The notes under the pieces were generated by a model. That model saw only the letters and a list, made by a program, of their open reading frames with translations, made no database searches and was not told where the DNA came from. A stretch of 64,000 nt of DNA. It comes from a virus. Both the position numbers and the translations under genes were made by a program. Within the stretch, counting starts at the first letter, position 1. Every line of letters starts with the position of its first letter. Below are positions 50,514-60,252 of the stretch, one piece after another. The stretch is taken from the IMG/VR virus record IMGVR_UViG_3300037258_000352, positions 32,001 through 96,000 of that record; one strand, given 5' to 3'.

Positions 50514-52900
50514 GGTTGCCCGATCCCTATCCGGGCGTACTTCCCCACGAACGACAGCCGCACGTCCCCCGTCGGCCCGTTCCTATGTTTGTCGACGATC
50601 ACCGTGATGTCCTGCGGTTCGTCATCACGACGCCACAGCAACAGGATCTTCGACGCGTTGTGACCCACCGCGCGGGACTCCCGCAGGTCCTCCTTCGTTG
50701 GCCGGCCACCGATCCGTTTCGTCGGCTCCGAGTTGAGCTGATGCAACACCACGATCGGGCACCCGAGCTGCTTCGCGAGCTCCTTAAGCTCCCACGACAA
50801 CCGCGACAACTGCTCCTGCCGGGACACCTTCGGATCCGCCGGCGACATCAACGACAACTGATCCACCACCACCAACCCCGGGTGCCCCAACTGCTGACAC
50901 CGCGCCCGGATCTGCGCCACAGACAACCCGGGGGTGTCATCCACCCACAAGGGCCACTCCTGAATCCGCTCCGCAGCTTTCTTCGCCCGGTACTGATCTT
51001 CCGGTCCGAGCTGGTGTTCCATCAGATCCGACAGGGGGACGGTGCCAACGTCCGCGACCCACCGGGCCATGACCTCATCCGTCGTCATTTCCAGGGTGAA
51101 CATCACCGTCCGGACCCCGTCTTGGGCCGCGGCCCGCGCGATCGACCCCCCGAACAGGGAGTTGTGCGTAGGGATCATCGTCGGCCCTGCGAGGTAGAGG
51201 TGATCACTGTTGTCGACCTCGATACACCGCACGGGGACGCTTGCCACTGGCCGGACCGCGCGAATCATCCTGCGGGATGACCGCTGTGGGGCTCTCTGCC
51301 GCTCTACTTTCCTGGTTAGTTTGAAGACTTTGTCTCCGGGCGTAAAATTGATCATGTAGCAGGTTGAGGACTTCTCCGTCCTGCCTTTGACCCGTTTGGT
51401 TCGCATGGTGGCTCGGTACCCAAGACTCAGGATCAGTTCTAGAGTTCCCTCGGCCAGCACCTTGCTGGTGACAGCGAACTGGACCTTTCCTAGTTTGCAG
51501 ACATACCCGTCGGTGTCTAGTAGCCCGGCTAGTAGCTCCCGGCGTTGTCCTACAGACGCCCGCAGGTAGGCGACCGGAATGTGTTTGTTCATCACTAAAC
51601 CGGCGCGCCTTAGATCTGTGATCAGTCCATAGACTGTCCTATGGGGACACGTCCTCACTGCTTTCCCGATGGGTGGCCCTACTTCATAACCGCAGAACGA
51701 GATGTTGTCGAACACTTCTGGATCAGCGCCGCACATCGTCCCATGCAAGGAATCACCGTCTCCGAGCCAGCAACCCAACACATAAGGATCTATCGGGAGA
51801 TCTTCCGACTCGGGTAACTCCAACGGAGCTGCCAGCTTGACCGAGTGGTTGACGTATGTCCCGAATCGGAGCGTCGCCATGATCTGCTCCGTCGTCACCA
51901 CTGAGGGATGGATCTGCTTCCACCGCTGGTCGATGGAATAAGGGGAGGTCCTGGCCAGGGTGTTATCAACGTGGGTGCATCGTGAAGATCGTGTCTCCGT
52001 CAGCCACTGGTGATCTGCGTCCGCTACGAGCACTGATCCGTCAGAGAACTCCACCTCATAGCAGGGACGACCCGTCATCACCGGGGTCGCGTTCGTGACC
52101 GTGGTCGGTTTGCCGTCCGCTCCGAACACTTGGTCGCCTACCTGAACCGTGCCCATGGTCGTCCAACCTGTCGGCGTGGCCAGGGGCGTATCCAGAGCGA
52201 GAGCCTTCCCGACGCTGGTGTTGGCTGCGACGACGATCAGCTCACCGATCCGCAACCCCCCGGAGAGTTGCTCATCGAGCGCTGGCCACGACGTTTTCAC
52301 GACCCCCACCGGAGGCCGGTCCAACGACTCAATGAACGACCACACCGCCGGCTCCGCATGCACCAGCGTCTGCGACTGGTCCCGGGACGTGGTGGCGTCG
52401 GTGAACTCCCGGCGCGCGAAGTCCAACACCTCATCCAGCGACGCGCCTTTCGACCCGTGCTCCGCGAGTTGAGTGATCCGCAAACCGGCCTCCCGGACCC
52501 GCCGCAGCACAGCTTTCGCGGCGACGATCTCCGCGTAGTAGGTGACGTTCGCGGCGGTGGGAGTGGCTTGCATCAGGGTGTGCAGGTACGGGCCGCCCCC
52601 CACCCGCAGGAGCTCACCACGCCGGTCCAACTCCTCCGACACGGTCACAGGGTCCGCGGGTTCCCCGCCCGCCCACAACGCCGTCACAGCAGCCCAGATT
52701 TGGCTGTGACCGGGCCGGTAGAAGTCTTCCGGGGTCAACACCCCGGCGACGTCGTCCAACGCCCTAAACGACACCAGAACCGACCCGAGGACCGCTTGCT
52801 CCGCGTGGAGGTCCTGCGGTGGCTGGTTGTCCAGCTCGGGTTCGCCCTCCTCGCTCGGGGCGTCGTCCCATCCGGAGGTGTCAGCGGACACCGGGAACAC
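50507..52900 (-). CDS. dnaB: Replicative helicase DnaB with intein
   Basis: PPQDLHAEQAVLG, DFYRPGH, SVGK|..|S Walker A, LEM, VVDQL, DLRES, KHRNGPTG. Confidence 0.95.
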   Translation of the reverse strand: MFPVSADTSGWDDAPSEEGEPELDNQPPQDLHAEQAVLGSVLVSFRALDDVAGVLTPEDFYRPGHSQIWAAVTALWAGGEPADPVTVSEELDRRGELLRVGGGPYLHTLMQATPTAANVTYYAEIVAAKAVLRRVREAGLRITQLAEHGSKGASLDEVLDFARREFTDATTSRDQSQTLVHAEPAVWSFIESLDRPPVGVVKTSWPALDEQLSGGLRIGELIVVAANTSVGKALALDTPLATPTGWTTMGTVQVGDQVFGADGKPTTVTNATPVMTGRPCYEVEFSDGSVLVADADHQWLTETRSSRCTHVDNTLARTSPYSIDQRWKQIHPSVVTTEQIMATLRFGTYVNHSVKLAAPLELPESEDLPIDPYVLGCWLGDGDSLHGTMCGADPEVFDNISFCGYEVGPPIGKAVRTCPHRTVYGLITDLRRAGLVMNKHIPVAYLRASVGQRRELLAGLLDTDGYVCKLGKVQFAVTSKVLAEGTLELILSLGYRATMRTKRVKGRTEKSSTCYMINFTPGDKVFKLTRKVERQRAPQRSSRRMIRAVRPVASVPVRCIEVDNSDHLYLAGPTMIPTHNSLFGGSIARAAAQDGVRTVMFTLEMTTDEVMARWVADVGTVPLSDLMEHQLGPEDQYRAKKAAERIQEWPLWVDDTPGLSVAQIRARCQQLGHPGLVVVDQLSLMSPADPKVSRQEQLSRLSWELKELAKQLGCPIVVLHQLNSEPTKRIGGRPTKEDLRESRAVGHNASKILLLWRRDDEPQDITVIVDKHRNGPTGDVRLSFVGKYARIGIGQPW
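51161..52204 (-). mobile_element. Class 3 intein (348 aa) with LAGLIDADG endonuclease
   Basis: Ala1 ALALDTP, HQW, LGCWLGDG, LAGLLDTDG, VRCIEVD, PTHN|S. Confidence 0.92.
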
Positions 52901-53534
52901 CCCGACGCAAATCCGGGCCCCTGAACGGGACCACCGTGGCCGACTCCATCAGCCGGGACGTCACCCGCTCACCGAACTTCTCACCGAACTCACTAGGCGG
53001 AACATTCGTGGTGATCAAAGTCGGGCGCATCCACTCATACCGGGCATTAATCAACCGGTCGAACACCTCATCAGTCCACGCCGAATCCTTCGTTGCGCCC
53101 ACGTCGTCGATGACCAGGACCGACGCCCCAGCGAGGCCCTCGAACACCTCTTCCGAGTCCACCCCCTGCCGCGGCCGTAACGACGCGAACAACCCCGTCG
53201 CCGTCACAAACTGCCACCGGCAATACACCCCCGACACCGACAAGGCCCGCAACGCCCCCCACGCCTGCCAAGACTTCCCACGACCGGCCTTACCCGCCAA
53301 CACCAACGACGGTCCCGACCGGATCACCGGGTACTGGTTCCGCATCCCATCGACCGCTTCCGCGATGACATCCCGGACCCACCGGTCAACCTGCGGATCG
53401 GTCACGGTCGCGTCCCGGTGCCGGGCCGGTAAGTGTTCCTGCAGCCGGGTTCGTCCTTCCTTGTCGGCTTCCTCGATGGCGTAATCCGCTGCCCCATCGT
53501 CGGTGGTGACCCGCACTATCACCGCATCACTCAT
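52881..53534 (-). CDS. DnaC/IstB-like AAA+ helicase loader
   Basis: GKAGRGKS, LVIDDVG, RYE..PTLITTN, G.R..SRL, GPDLR. Confidence 0.9.
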   Translation of the reverse strand: MSDAVIVRVTTDDGAADYAIEEADKEGRTRLQEHLPARHRDATVTDPQVDRWVRDVIAEAVDGMRNQYPVIRSGPSLVLAGKAGRGKSWQAWGALRALSVSGVYCRWQFVTATGLFASLRPRQGVDSEEVFEGLAGASVLVIDDVGATKDSAWTDEVFDRLINARYEWMRPTLITTNVPPSEFGEKFGERVTSRLMESATVVPFRGPDLRRGVPGVR

Positions 53535-53551
53535 GATCGTTGTCCTCCGTG

Positions 53552-54490
53552 TCAGTAGTTCATCGGCGCGTCATACGCGTCGTCCGCGAGGTGCTCGAAA
53601 TGCCGCGCGTAACCTCCGCTACCCCGCCTATCGCTGCCCGAGCGCCCAGCGTTACCGACCGTGGCCGGCTCGTCCTCCCACCGCTGCCCGTTGAGCCACG
53701 TCGTCGCGTGCGCCACGTAGGACCCCGTCCGGTGCAGCTCCACGACGTACCGATCCAACCCAGCCATGATCACATCCGGGTCGGCTGCCTTGATCGCTTT
53801 CGGCCACGCCTTCCACGCGTCCTTCTTGGCCGTCTTTCGGGGGTAAACCGCCCAGAACTTGGCGAAGGTTTCCTCGGCTTTGCGGTTGATCGGGACAACC
53901 GGCCTAGACGAGGTCGGTGAGGGCATCCCGTCCAGCGTTCCCTGTCCGTCCTGGCTGGGGTTGGCCTGCGCCGCGCGCGCGGGTGCGCCTACGCGTGTGT
54001 GCGCCCGCGCCCGTGGAGAGATGATCTCTTCGTTAGAAGAGATCAAGGGGTTAGTGGTCGGTTCCACTGGTCGGTTAACTTCAAAAGAGTCTTTGGCCGG
54101 CTCAGCAGGTGAGCCGGGGGGGGCCTGCAGGTGAGCCGGGGGGGGCTCAGGGATGGACCGGGGGGGGCTCACCTTTGGTGGGAGCGTCGAAATGTGGAAG
54201 TTCCACCCGGCGAGCCCCCCGTCACTTCTGGTCCGGGCGGTCTTCGCGACGACGTTGATCTCTTCCAGTTTCACCATCGCTCGTTTGTAGGAGGAGACGC
54301 TGAGGCCGGCTCGTTCAGCGACCGCTTCTCGGCTGGGGAAGCAGTCACCGCCGCTGTCGGCGAAGCTGCGGAGCGCGATGTAGACGCGGAGACTGGCGCC
54401 GTCGAGGTCGTATTGGAGTAGCCAGATCGGGATGATCGAGTACGGGCCGATGTCTGTGGTGACCCGGGAGTTCTCTTGCTGTTCGCTCAT
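53552..54490 (-). CDS. Phage replication initiator (N-terminal HTH, C-terminal FW..YPRK domain)
   Basis: CFPSRE.VAE, FWAVYPRK..K..A.KAW, H.TTWLN..RWED. Confidence 0.85.
   Translation of the reverse strand: MSEQQENSRVTTDIGPYSIIPIWLLQYDLDGASLRVYIALRSFADSGGDCFPSREAVAERAGLSVSSYKRAMVKLEEINVVAKTARTRSDGGLAGWNFHISTLPPKVSPPRSIPEPPPAHLQAPPGSPAEPAKDSFEVNRPVEPTTNPLISSNEEIISPRARAHTRVGAPARAAQANPSQDGQGTLDGMPSPTSSRPVVPINRKAEETFAKFWAVYPRKTAKKDAWKAWPKAIKAADPDVIMAGLDRYVVELHRTGSYVAHATTWLNGQRWEDEPATVGNAGRSGSDRRGSGGYARHFEHLADDAYDAPMNY
54105..54174. repeat. Iteron-like repeats inside initiator gene (putative origin)
   Basis: GCAGGTGAGCCG(7-8) twice, a third CCG(8), and an inverted GCTCACCT. Confidence 0.55.
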
Positions 54491-55170
54491 CGGGAGCCAC
54501 CGCCGACGACGTTGGTCCATTCGTGATCGAACTCGATGCGGATCCCGGACCCGTGTTGATTTCTAGGCGCGTTCACTCCGTGGTGGTATGCGCTGACGGC
54601 AGGACCGATCAGTTCGAGTGGATCTTCGGACCCGAAGTCGAACCACTCACCGTGTGCTCGATAGCGAGCCAGAGTGCAATGCAGGTGCGCCTCCAGGGCG
54701 TATCCCCCGGGTGTAGTCCACTGAACTTCTAGCGGAGCCGGCGACATGTTTCGGATCGAACGGAGCCGCGCCGACACGTTCTTGGTGCGTCCGATCTTCA
54801 CAAGGCGGCTGGTTGATGAACCGATTAGGTAGACGACCTCTCCGGCCACGGGAGAGCGGGGGGCGGTCACCTTCTGCGCCCCTCGCGTCCCGGTCAGTGC
54901 GCTAGCTAGTAGCGATGGGATCGTCCACGAGATGTGTCCCGCAGGATGCTCGTCTACTTCGAGTTCTCCCAGCGTGACGAGGTTGTTCACGGATTGTCGA
55001 GTTGTGGCGAGATCTAGCCGGGCTAGGTCAGCTACTTGCTGGTAGCTGCCTGCGACTCCGGAGTGGTCGTCGCCACCTCCGCTGCACTCGGTCAAGCAGA
55101 GGAAGACGAAAACGTCGGTGCTGGTGGCAGCAGAGTTCCGCCAGACCCATGCGGTGGTGCGGGCGCTCAT
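54487..55170 (-). CDS. T5orf172/GIY-YIG-like protein with N-terminal HTH
   Basis: VYLIG..VKIGRT..RL, LE..LH, GEWF. Confidence 0.75.
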   Translation of the reverse strand: MSARTTAWVWRNSAATSTDVFVFLCLTECSGGGDDHSGVAGSYQQVADLARLDLATTRQSVNNLVTLGELEVDEHPAGHISWTIPSLLASALTGTRGAQKVTAPRSPVAGEVVYLIGSSTSRLVKIGRTKNVSARLRSIRNMSPAPLEVQWTTPGGYALEAHLHCTLARYRAHGEWFDFGSEDPLELIGPAVSAYHHGVNAPRNQHGSGIRIEFDHEWTNVVGGGSR

Positions 55171-55262
55171 GACGCCACCGTCAGCGAGGAGGCGTTGGAT
55201 GGGATGGTCGTGGACATGTGGTACGTTTCCTTTACTCAGTTCTCATTGATTGGCATGGATGG

Positions 55263-55288
55263 AAGCGGCCCCGTGGCAGGGCCGCTTT
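55263..55288. terminator. Hairpin downstream of sigma gene
   Basis: aagcggccc / gggccgctt. Confidence 0.55.
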
Positions 55289-55303
55289 CGTCGTTTCAGG
55301 GGC

Positions 55304-55954
55304 TCACGCCACCACCCCCACGTCCTCGTGGAGCCATGACGCAGCGTCGTCGGGGAGTAGCTGAGCGAGACGCCTGATCGCCCTGTGCTGCAGCGCTTTC
55401 ACGGCACCGTCGTTGCGGTTCAATGCCGCTGCGGTCTCCGTGACGGACAGGCCAGCGTAGAACCGTAGGCCGATGCAATCCCGCTGGTCTCTGGGTAGTT
55501 TCCGGAGACACGTCGTGAGGTGCTGGGCGTAGAACTTGGTCATGATCCGGCTGATGGCTTCGCCGGCGGTGTTTTCTTCCGCGTACCGTTCGGGGACTTT
55601 GTCGACGGTCCGGTCCCAGCGGTGTCTCGCTGATCGGACGTGGTCGAGGAGGAGGTTCCGGGCGATGGTGACGACCCACGCACCGAACTCTTTCCCGTTG
55701 CCACGGTCAGCGACGGATTGGATCCTCCGCAGTGCGCGGCACCACACTTCACCGGCCATTTGCTCGACGGTGGAGCGGTCGCGGTCGTCGAGCCGGTAGA
55801 GGAGGTACCGGTAGATCATCAGGTGGTGTCGTTCGTACAGGACGCTGAAAGCGTCGCGGCCTGTGTCGCCGCCCTGCTGGGCGAGGGTGACGAGTTCCCA
55901 GTCCCCGAGTGGGGCGTTGTCCAGTACGTTTACTGTCGATGGCTGAGCGGTCAT
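55304..55954 (-). CDS. ECF sigma factor, BldN-like
   Basis: RALRRI, FGAWVVTIARNL..DH..S, QRDC..LRF..GLSV.ETA..G.VKALQHRA.R.LA.LLP. Confidence 0.9.
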   Translation of the reverse strand: MTAQPSTVNVLDNAPLGDWELVTLAQQGGDTGRDAFSVLYERHHLMIYRYLLYRLDDRDRSTVEQMAGEVWCRALRRIQSVADRGNGKEFGAWVVTIARNLLLDHVRSARHRWDRTVDKVPERYAEENTAGEAISRIMTKFYAQHLTTCLRKLPRDQRDCIGLRFYAGLSVTETAAALNRNDGAVKALQHRAIRRLAQLLPDDAASWLHEDVGVVA

Positions 55955-56008
55955 CGAACGATGCTCCTTCTGTGTCGGTTCTCCCCGCGGGCAGCGGGCC
56001 GGTATCGG

Positions 56009-56500
56009 TTAGGGGTTTCGAGGGGGACCAGTCGCGAGCTGGTCCCCCTCGCATGTGTCGGGATGGTTACCGCCCGTGGTTGGGACGGTGAGCCCGGTCA
56101 TGGAGTGGTGGGCCCGGGCGGTGTGGTGCCGGCCGTAGATGCACGTGGACCCGTCGGGGAGTTTGAAGTCGCAGTACTCCCCGCGCATGGTGGGGGTGCC
56201 GTGCCCGAGTCGGGCCAGCAGCACGGTGATCACGGTCGCGGCGCGTTCGGCGTTCCATGCGGGGGTGGTTTTGTCGTCGGGTGAGTCCCACGCGTTGTCG
56301 AGGTCGTACAGCCACGAGGAGATGTCCTCGGCGAGGTCCGCTCGGGTAGCGGGGTCGATGAACGGGCTGAACGCGGCGGTGGCCACTTCCTGCCCGGTCG
56401 GGCATTCCCACGCGTCGCCGTGGACGCGTGACTTGACGTGACCGAGCGCGCGGCACACCGCGGCGGTGGCCTGCTGGTGGATGTGCCGGGGCCTCACCAT
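56009..56500 (-). CDS. Hypothetical protein
   Basis: ORF in leftward operon. Confidence 0.45.
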   Translation of the reverse strand: MVRPRHIHQQATAAVCRALGHVKSRVHGDAWECPTGQEVATAAFSPFIDPATRADLAEDISSWLYDLDNAWDSPDDKTTPAWNAERAATVITVLLARLGHGTPTMRGEYCDFKLPDGSTCIYGRHHTARAHHSMTGLTVPTTGGNHPDTCEGDQLATGPPRNP

Positions 56501-57243
56501 GCCACCTCGTGCTCAACGGTCCACCGCTGGTAGGTGGGCAGGGTGTAGGTCACGTCGGGGCAGGAGCGGGACAGGTCCACTGTGCTCGGGAACACGGCGA
56601 CGTTGTCGGGGAAATCGGTGGCCACGGGGACAGGGTCCTCGCTGGGGTTGATCAATAGCAGCTCACCTAACGCGATGAGTTCCACCACGGCGTCGGCGAT
56701 GGGTTCAAGGTCGGCTTCGGTGTGCTGTTGGCCGCGTGCGACGTTGTCGCTGGTGTTGTTCCACAGGTACGTGTATCCGGGCCACGGCGCTGGTTCGAGG
56801 TCGGCCGCTTCGTCCCACGCGAGGTTCAACAACACTTGGCGGGCCAGGCCAGTCGCGCGGGAGTAGGCGAACACCCACTCGAACACGTTCAGCGGCAGCC
56901 CAGTGCGGGCCTCGATCTGACGGTCGGCGAGGGTTTCCGCAGTGCACAGGATCGTGCCGTGGTGTTCGTCGTGGCGGTAGCAGTCGAGGCCCGGGTCCCA
57001 CACCCAGTACCGCTGGAGGTGGTCGGTGTGTGTTTGGGGCCAGATAGCCGTAACCCCGGACTGGTCGGGGGACTGGTCCGGGGTTCGTGCTGATGCGGTG
57101 GCCCCAACGACGGGACGACAACCGTCGCTCAGCGTACCGGATGGTGGGGGGGTCGTGTGGGGCATGTGTGCCTCCTGGTTGTCGTGTTGTTCGGCCCTGC
57201 GGTCGAATTGCGTCGTTGGGTGGTTCCCCCCGGCGGGCATCAC
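56494..57243 (-). CDS. Hypothetical protein (likely start about 57165)
   Basis: AGGAGG RBS; WVFAYSRATGLARQVLLNLA segment. Confidence 0.55.
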   Translation of the reverse strand: MMPAGGNHPTTQFDRRAEQHDNQEAHMPHTTPPPSGTLSDGCRPVVGATASARTPDQSPDQSGVTAIWPQTHTDHLQRYWVWDPGLDCYRHDEHHGTILCTAETLADRQIEARTGLPLNVFEWVFAYSRATGLARQVLLNLAWDEAADLEPAPWPGYTYLWNNTSDNVARGQQHTEADLEPIADAVVELIALGELLLINPSEDPVPVATDFPDNVAVFPSTVDLSRSCPDVTYTLPTYQRWTVEHEVAW

Positions 57244-57287
57244 TCCGCAGGTTTGGTCACGTTACACCGTGAAGTCTTCCGCTGGGT

Positions 57288-57315
57288 ATATCGCCCGCGA
57301 AGTTTTGGACGTTAC
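57288..57315 (-). promoter_or_regulatory. ECF promoter GTAAC-N17-CGATAT heading the sigma/replication operon
   Basis: Motif variant in divergent intergenic region. Confidence 0.65.
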
Positions 57316-57398
57316 TCCCCGCAGTCGATCACCACGCGCCGTGACATCACGCGCGCTGCGGAACCTCAGGTCACCGGGGACCCACAGCCGCCGGATCG

Positions 57399-57426
57399 TT
57401 GACGGGTGACCCGTTGGGTGTACGGT
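57399..57426 (+). promoter_or_regulatory. SigA-type promoter TTGACG-N16-TACGGT
   Basis: Followed by hairpin plus GACACGGAGG leader. Confidence 0.55.
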
Positions 57427-57534
57427 GGTGGGGTTGGTAGCGGACCAACACCCCTGACACGGAGGACCAGCAATGCCCGATATCCGGACTCGTATCCACG
57501 GCGAGCCACCCATGGCTGAAAGCGAAGGTGGACG

Positions 57535-58500
57535 GTGAGCGCACCTGAACGGTTAACCAGCGGAAACAACCCAGTAGCGGTGCAGGTCGAGGAACCGAAA
57601 CCAATCTGGTGGAGGTCGTTCATCGCGCAGCTCACCGGCCGGACACTGGACCGCGCTGTCGAGGTCGACGAGGTCGATCAGGATGAGGCGGTCGACCCCG
57701 AGTCCACGGAACCCGACACCACAAACACCATCGCTGGTGACGATGCCCCGGTTGGTGAACCGCTAGAAGCGGAACTCGTCGACGAGATCCCCGCGCCAGC
57801 CGAGCCCGAGGTGCGGCCGGCGGACGAGACCGAACTCGAAGTCCTCGACGCGGAATTGGTTGAAGACCCACCGACCGTCGCCGCGGTCCCCGAGATAGCC
57901 GAGGTGGCCGACACACCGGTGGTGGAGATCCCCGACGTCGTTCACGTTCCCGAGGTCGAGGAGGTGGAACCGGAACCCGCTGCCGAGGTGGTTGAGGTCC
58001 CCGAGCTGGACGTTGCCCCCGCCACCGTGGTGTCGGAGCCCGAAGTTGAGGAGCCGGTCACTGTTGTTGAGGCACCGACACCCGAGTTGGAGGCCACCGA
58101 CCCGGAGGTCGCAGACCCAGAGCCCAACGCAACCGTCTACGTGGAGGTCGAGGTAATTCCGTGTGACGACACCCGGGCCCCGTCTGGGCCGGTCAAAGAT
58201 CGTGATGATCTGACGGAACGGTGGGTAGACGAACTCCGCAACGGAGGCCACCGCCAAGCACACGGGACGTGGGAAGACCGGGGCGTATTCGGCGGCAAGA
58301 GTGAGTGCACCCTGCAGGTCGCCATCAACACCTATGACATCCCACTCGGTGAGCTGCGGGACAAGTACGGGGATCGGTTCATCGGGGAGGTACTCACCCG
58401 CAACGACATCGAGAGGCAGTCATTCGATCAGATCGCCGACTACATCGAGCGGACGCAACTGTCCCGGTCACGCCGGAAAGAAATGGAGATGGAGCGATGA
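57535..58500 (+). CDS. Acidic E/P/V-rich hypothetical protein
   Basis: Low-complexity region plus globular C-terminus (ND....FDQIADYIE). Confidence 0.6.
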   Translation: MSAPERLTSGNNPVAVQVEEPKPIWWRSFIAQLTGRTLDRAVEVDEVDQDEAVDPESTEPDTTNTIAGDDAPVGEPLEAELVDEIPAPAEPEVRPADETELEVLDAELVEDPPTVAAVPEIAEVADTPVVEIPDVVHVPEVEEVEPEPAAEVVEVPELDVAPATVVSEPEVEEPVTVVEAPTPELEATDPEVADPEPNATVYVEVEVIPCDDTRAPSGPVKDRDDLTERWVDELRNGGHRQAHGTWEDRGVFGGKSECTLQVAINTYDIPLGELRDKYGDRFIGEVLTRNDIERQSFDQIADYIERTQLSRSRRKEMEMER

Positions 58501-60164
58501 CCGGCAAAACCGCAGGGTTCGCCGCTGCCGCCGTCGGTGCCGTCGCGCTCGTCGGGTGGTTCACCCACCCCGTCATCACCGTCGTTACCTGCGTCGCACT
58601 GGCGTTGCTGGTCGGGTGGGGATCGGTGTGGCGCTACCAGCACGCTGGGTCCGCGACCCTGATGAGCCGGTGGACAGAACGGTCCCAGAAGCATCACGGG
58701 GTCGCGTCCGCCTGGTCGATCCTGCGGGTCTCCTCGACCTGGGCGGCCCGCCGGAAAGCGAAGGTCCTCCTCCCCGGCGTCACCGGACGGGTCCACCACA
58801 GTCATCTCGCTACCCGATTGATCCGAGTCGGGTGGGTGTGGGTGGTGTCCACCGTTGAGCAACACACTCTGCGGTTCGGTGGGCCTCGACAGGGCAAGTC
58901 CGGGGAGTTGGGGACCCGGATCCTCGGCCCTGGGGCGGTCCTGGTCACCAGCACGGGCGGGGACCTGATCCGCAACACTGCGGCACTCCGCGCCCGGGTC
59001 GGGCCGGTGTACGTCTTCAACCCCTGCAACATCGGTGGGATCAAGTCAACGGTCAGCTTCGGTCTCCTCGACGGGTGTGAGGAGCCACCGGTCGCGGTGG
59101 CCCGCGCTACTGATCTCATTTCGGGGACACCGATGGGGCAGTCACATCGGAACGAGGAATGGGTCGAGCAGGCTAATTCGGCGCTCGCGTCGCTGATGCA
59201 TGCCGCAGCGCTCGCCGGGAAAACGATGCACCACGTCCAACGGTGGGTCGCGGACCCCGACGGGGCCACCGCCGAAGTGCTGCGGTACCTGAAAGCTTCC
59301 CCGGAACCGGCTATGGGATTTCAGGCGTTGCAGTTTTTCAATTCCGGTCGACCGCAGGCCTCGATCTGTATGACGATCATGCCGGCGTTGCGGTGGCTCG
59401 CTGATCCGGTGGCTACGAGATGCGCGGAGGCAGGGTCGTTCGACGTGGAGAAGTTCCTCAACGAGCAGGGCACGATCTATCTCCTCGCCGAGAAGGATGG
59501 GCTCGTGGCACCGTTGGTGACGGTATTCGCTGGTCACATTCTCCGCTCCGCACGCCGCATCGCTGATCGGCGCCCGCACGAACGGTTGACCCCCGGGTTC
59601 CGGGTGGTGCTCGATGAGGCCCCGTCGATCTGCCCCCTGCCGCTGCCGTCGTGGACCTCGGACATGGGTAAGCGGAACATCTCCATGCACATCGGGGCGC
59701 AGTCCCTGTCACAACTGAAAGCCAGGTGGGGGGAGAACGGTGCGGGGGCGATCCTCACCAACTGTGGGACGGTGATGGTGTTCGGTGGAACGAAAGACAC
59801 CGCCGGGCTGAGTACGTTCTCTACCCTGGCGGGGGAGCGGCATGAGGGCGGGAACCGGGCTCCTCTGTTGACGCCGGCGCAGTTCCAGCAGCTCTTGCCG
59901 TTGCATGCGGTGGTGTTCGCTAACGGGATTCTCCCGGTGATCGGGAAACCGGCGATGGTGTGGGATCGACGTGACTTCAAAATGGCGCGCCGGACCGCGG
60001 TGTGGTCCCCGAGGTTGGCTGCGGTGACCGGGCCGGTGAAGACGTGGCTGCGTCGTAAGCCAGTCCCAGTACCACCCCGGCGGATGGCTGCGCTGCCCGC
60101 TGGGTCGCCGGTGAAAGCGGAGTGGAAACCAGGCGTCACCGTTGGAGGCGACAGGAATGCCTAA
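58497..60164 (+). CDS. Type IV coupling protein-like (TraG/VirD4) ATPase
   Basis: N-terminal TM, GGPRQGKSG, VTST, VFNP, VLDEA..ICP, QS.SQL..RWG. Confidence 0.85.
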   Translation: MTGKTAGFAAAAVGAVALVGWFTHPVITVVTCVALALLVGWGSVWRYQHAGSATLMSRWTERSQKHHGVASAWSILRVSSTWAARRKAKVLLPGVTGRVHHSHLATRLIRVGWVWVVSTVEQHTLRFGGPRQGKSGELGTRILGPGAVLVTSTGGDLIRNTAALRARVGPVYVFNPCNIGGIKSTVSFGLLDGCEEPPVAVARATDLISGTPMGQSHRNEEWVEQANSALASLMHAAALAGKTMHHVQRWVADPDGATAEVLRYLKASPEPAMGFQALQFFNSGRPQASICMTIMPALRWLADPVATRCAEAGSFDVEKFLNEQGTIYLLAEKDGLVAPLVTVFAGHILRSARRIADRRPHERLTPGFRVVLDEAPSICPLPLPSWTSDMGKRNISMHIGAQSLSQLKARWGENGAGAILTNCGTVMVFGGTKDTAGLSTFSTLAGERHEGGNRAPLLTPAQFQQLLPLHAVVFANGILPVIGKPAMVWDRRDFKMARRTAVWSPRLAAVTGPVKTWLRRKPVPVPPRRMAALPAGSPVKAEWKPGVTVGGDRNA

Positions 60165-60252
60165 GGGGTCGCGCCCTACGCGCGGCCGTCAGCGCACCGA
60201 GATAAGGATCAGACGGGACGCGGTGTCACCGCGTGCGGACGGAGGAACTGGC

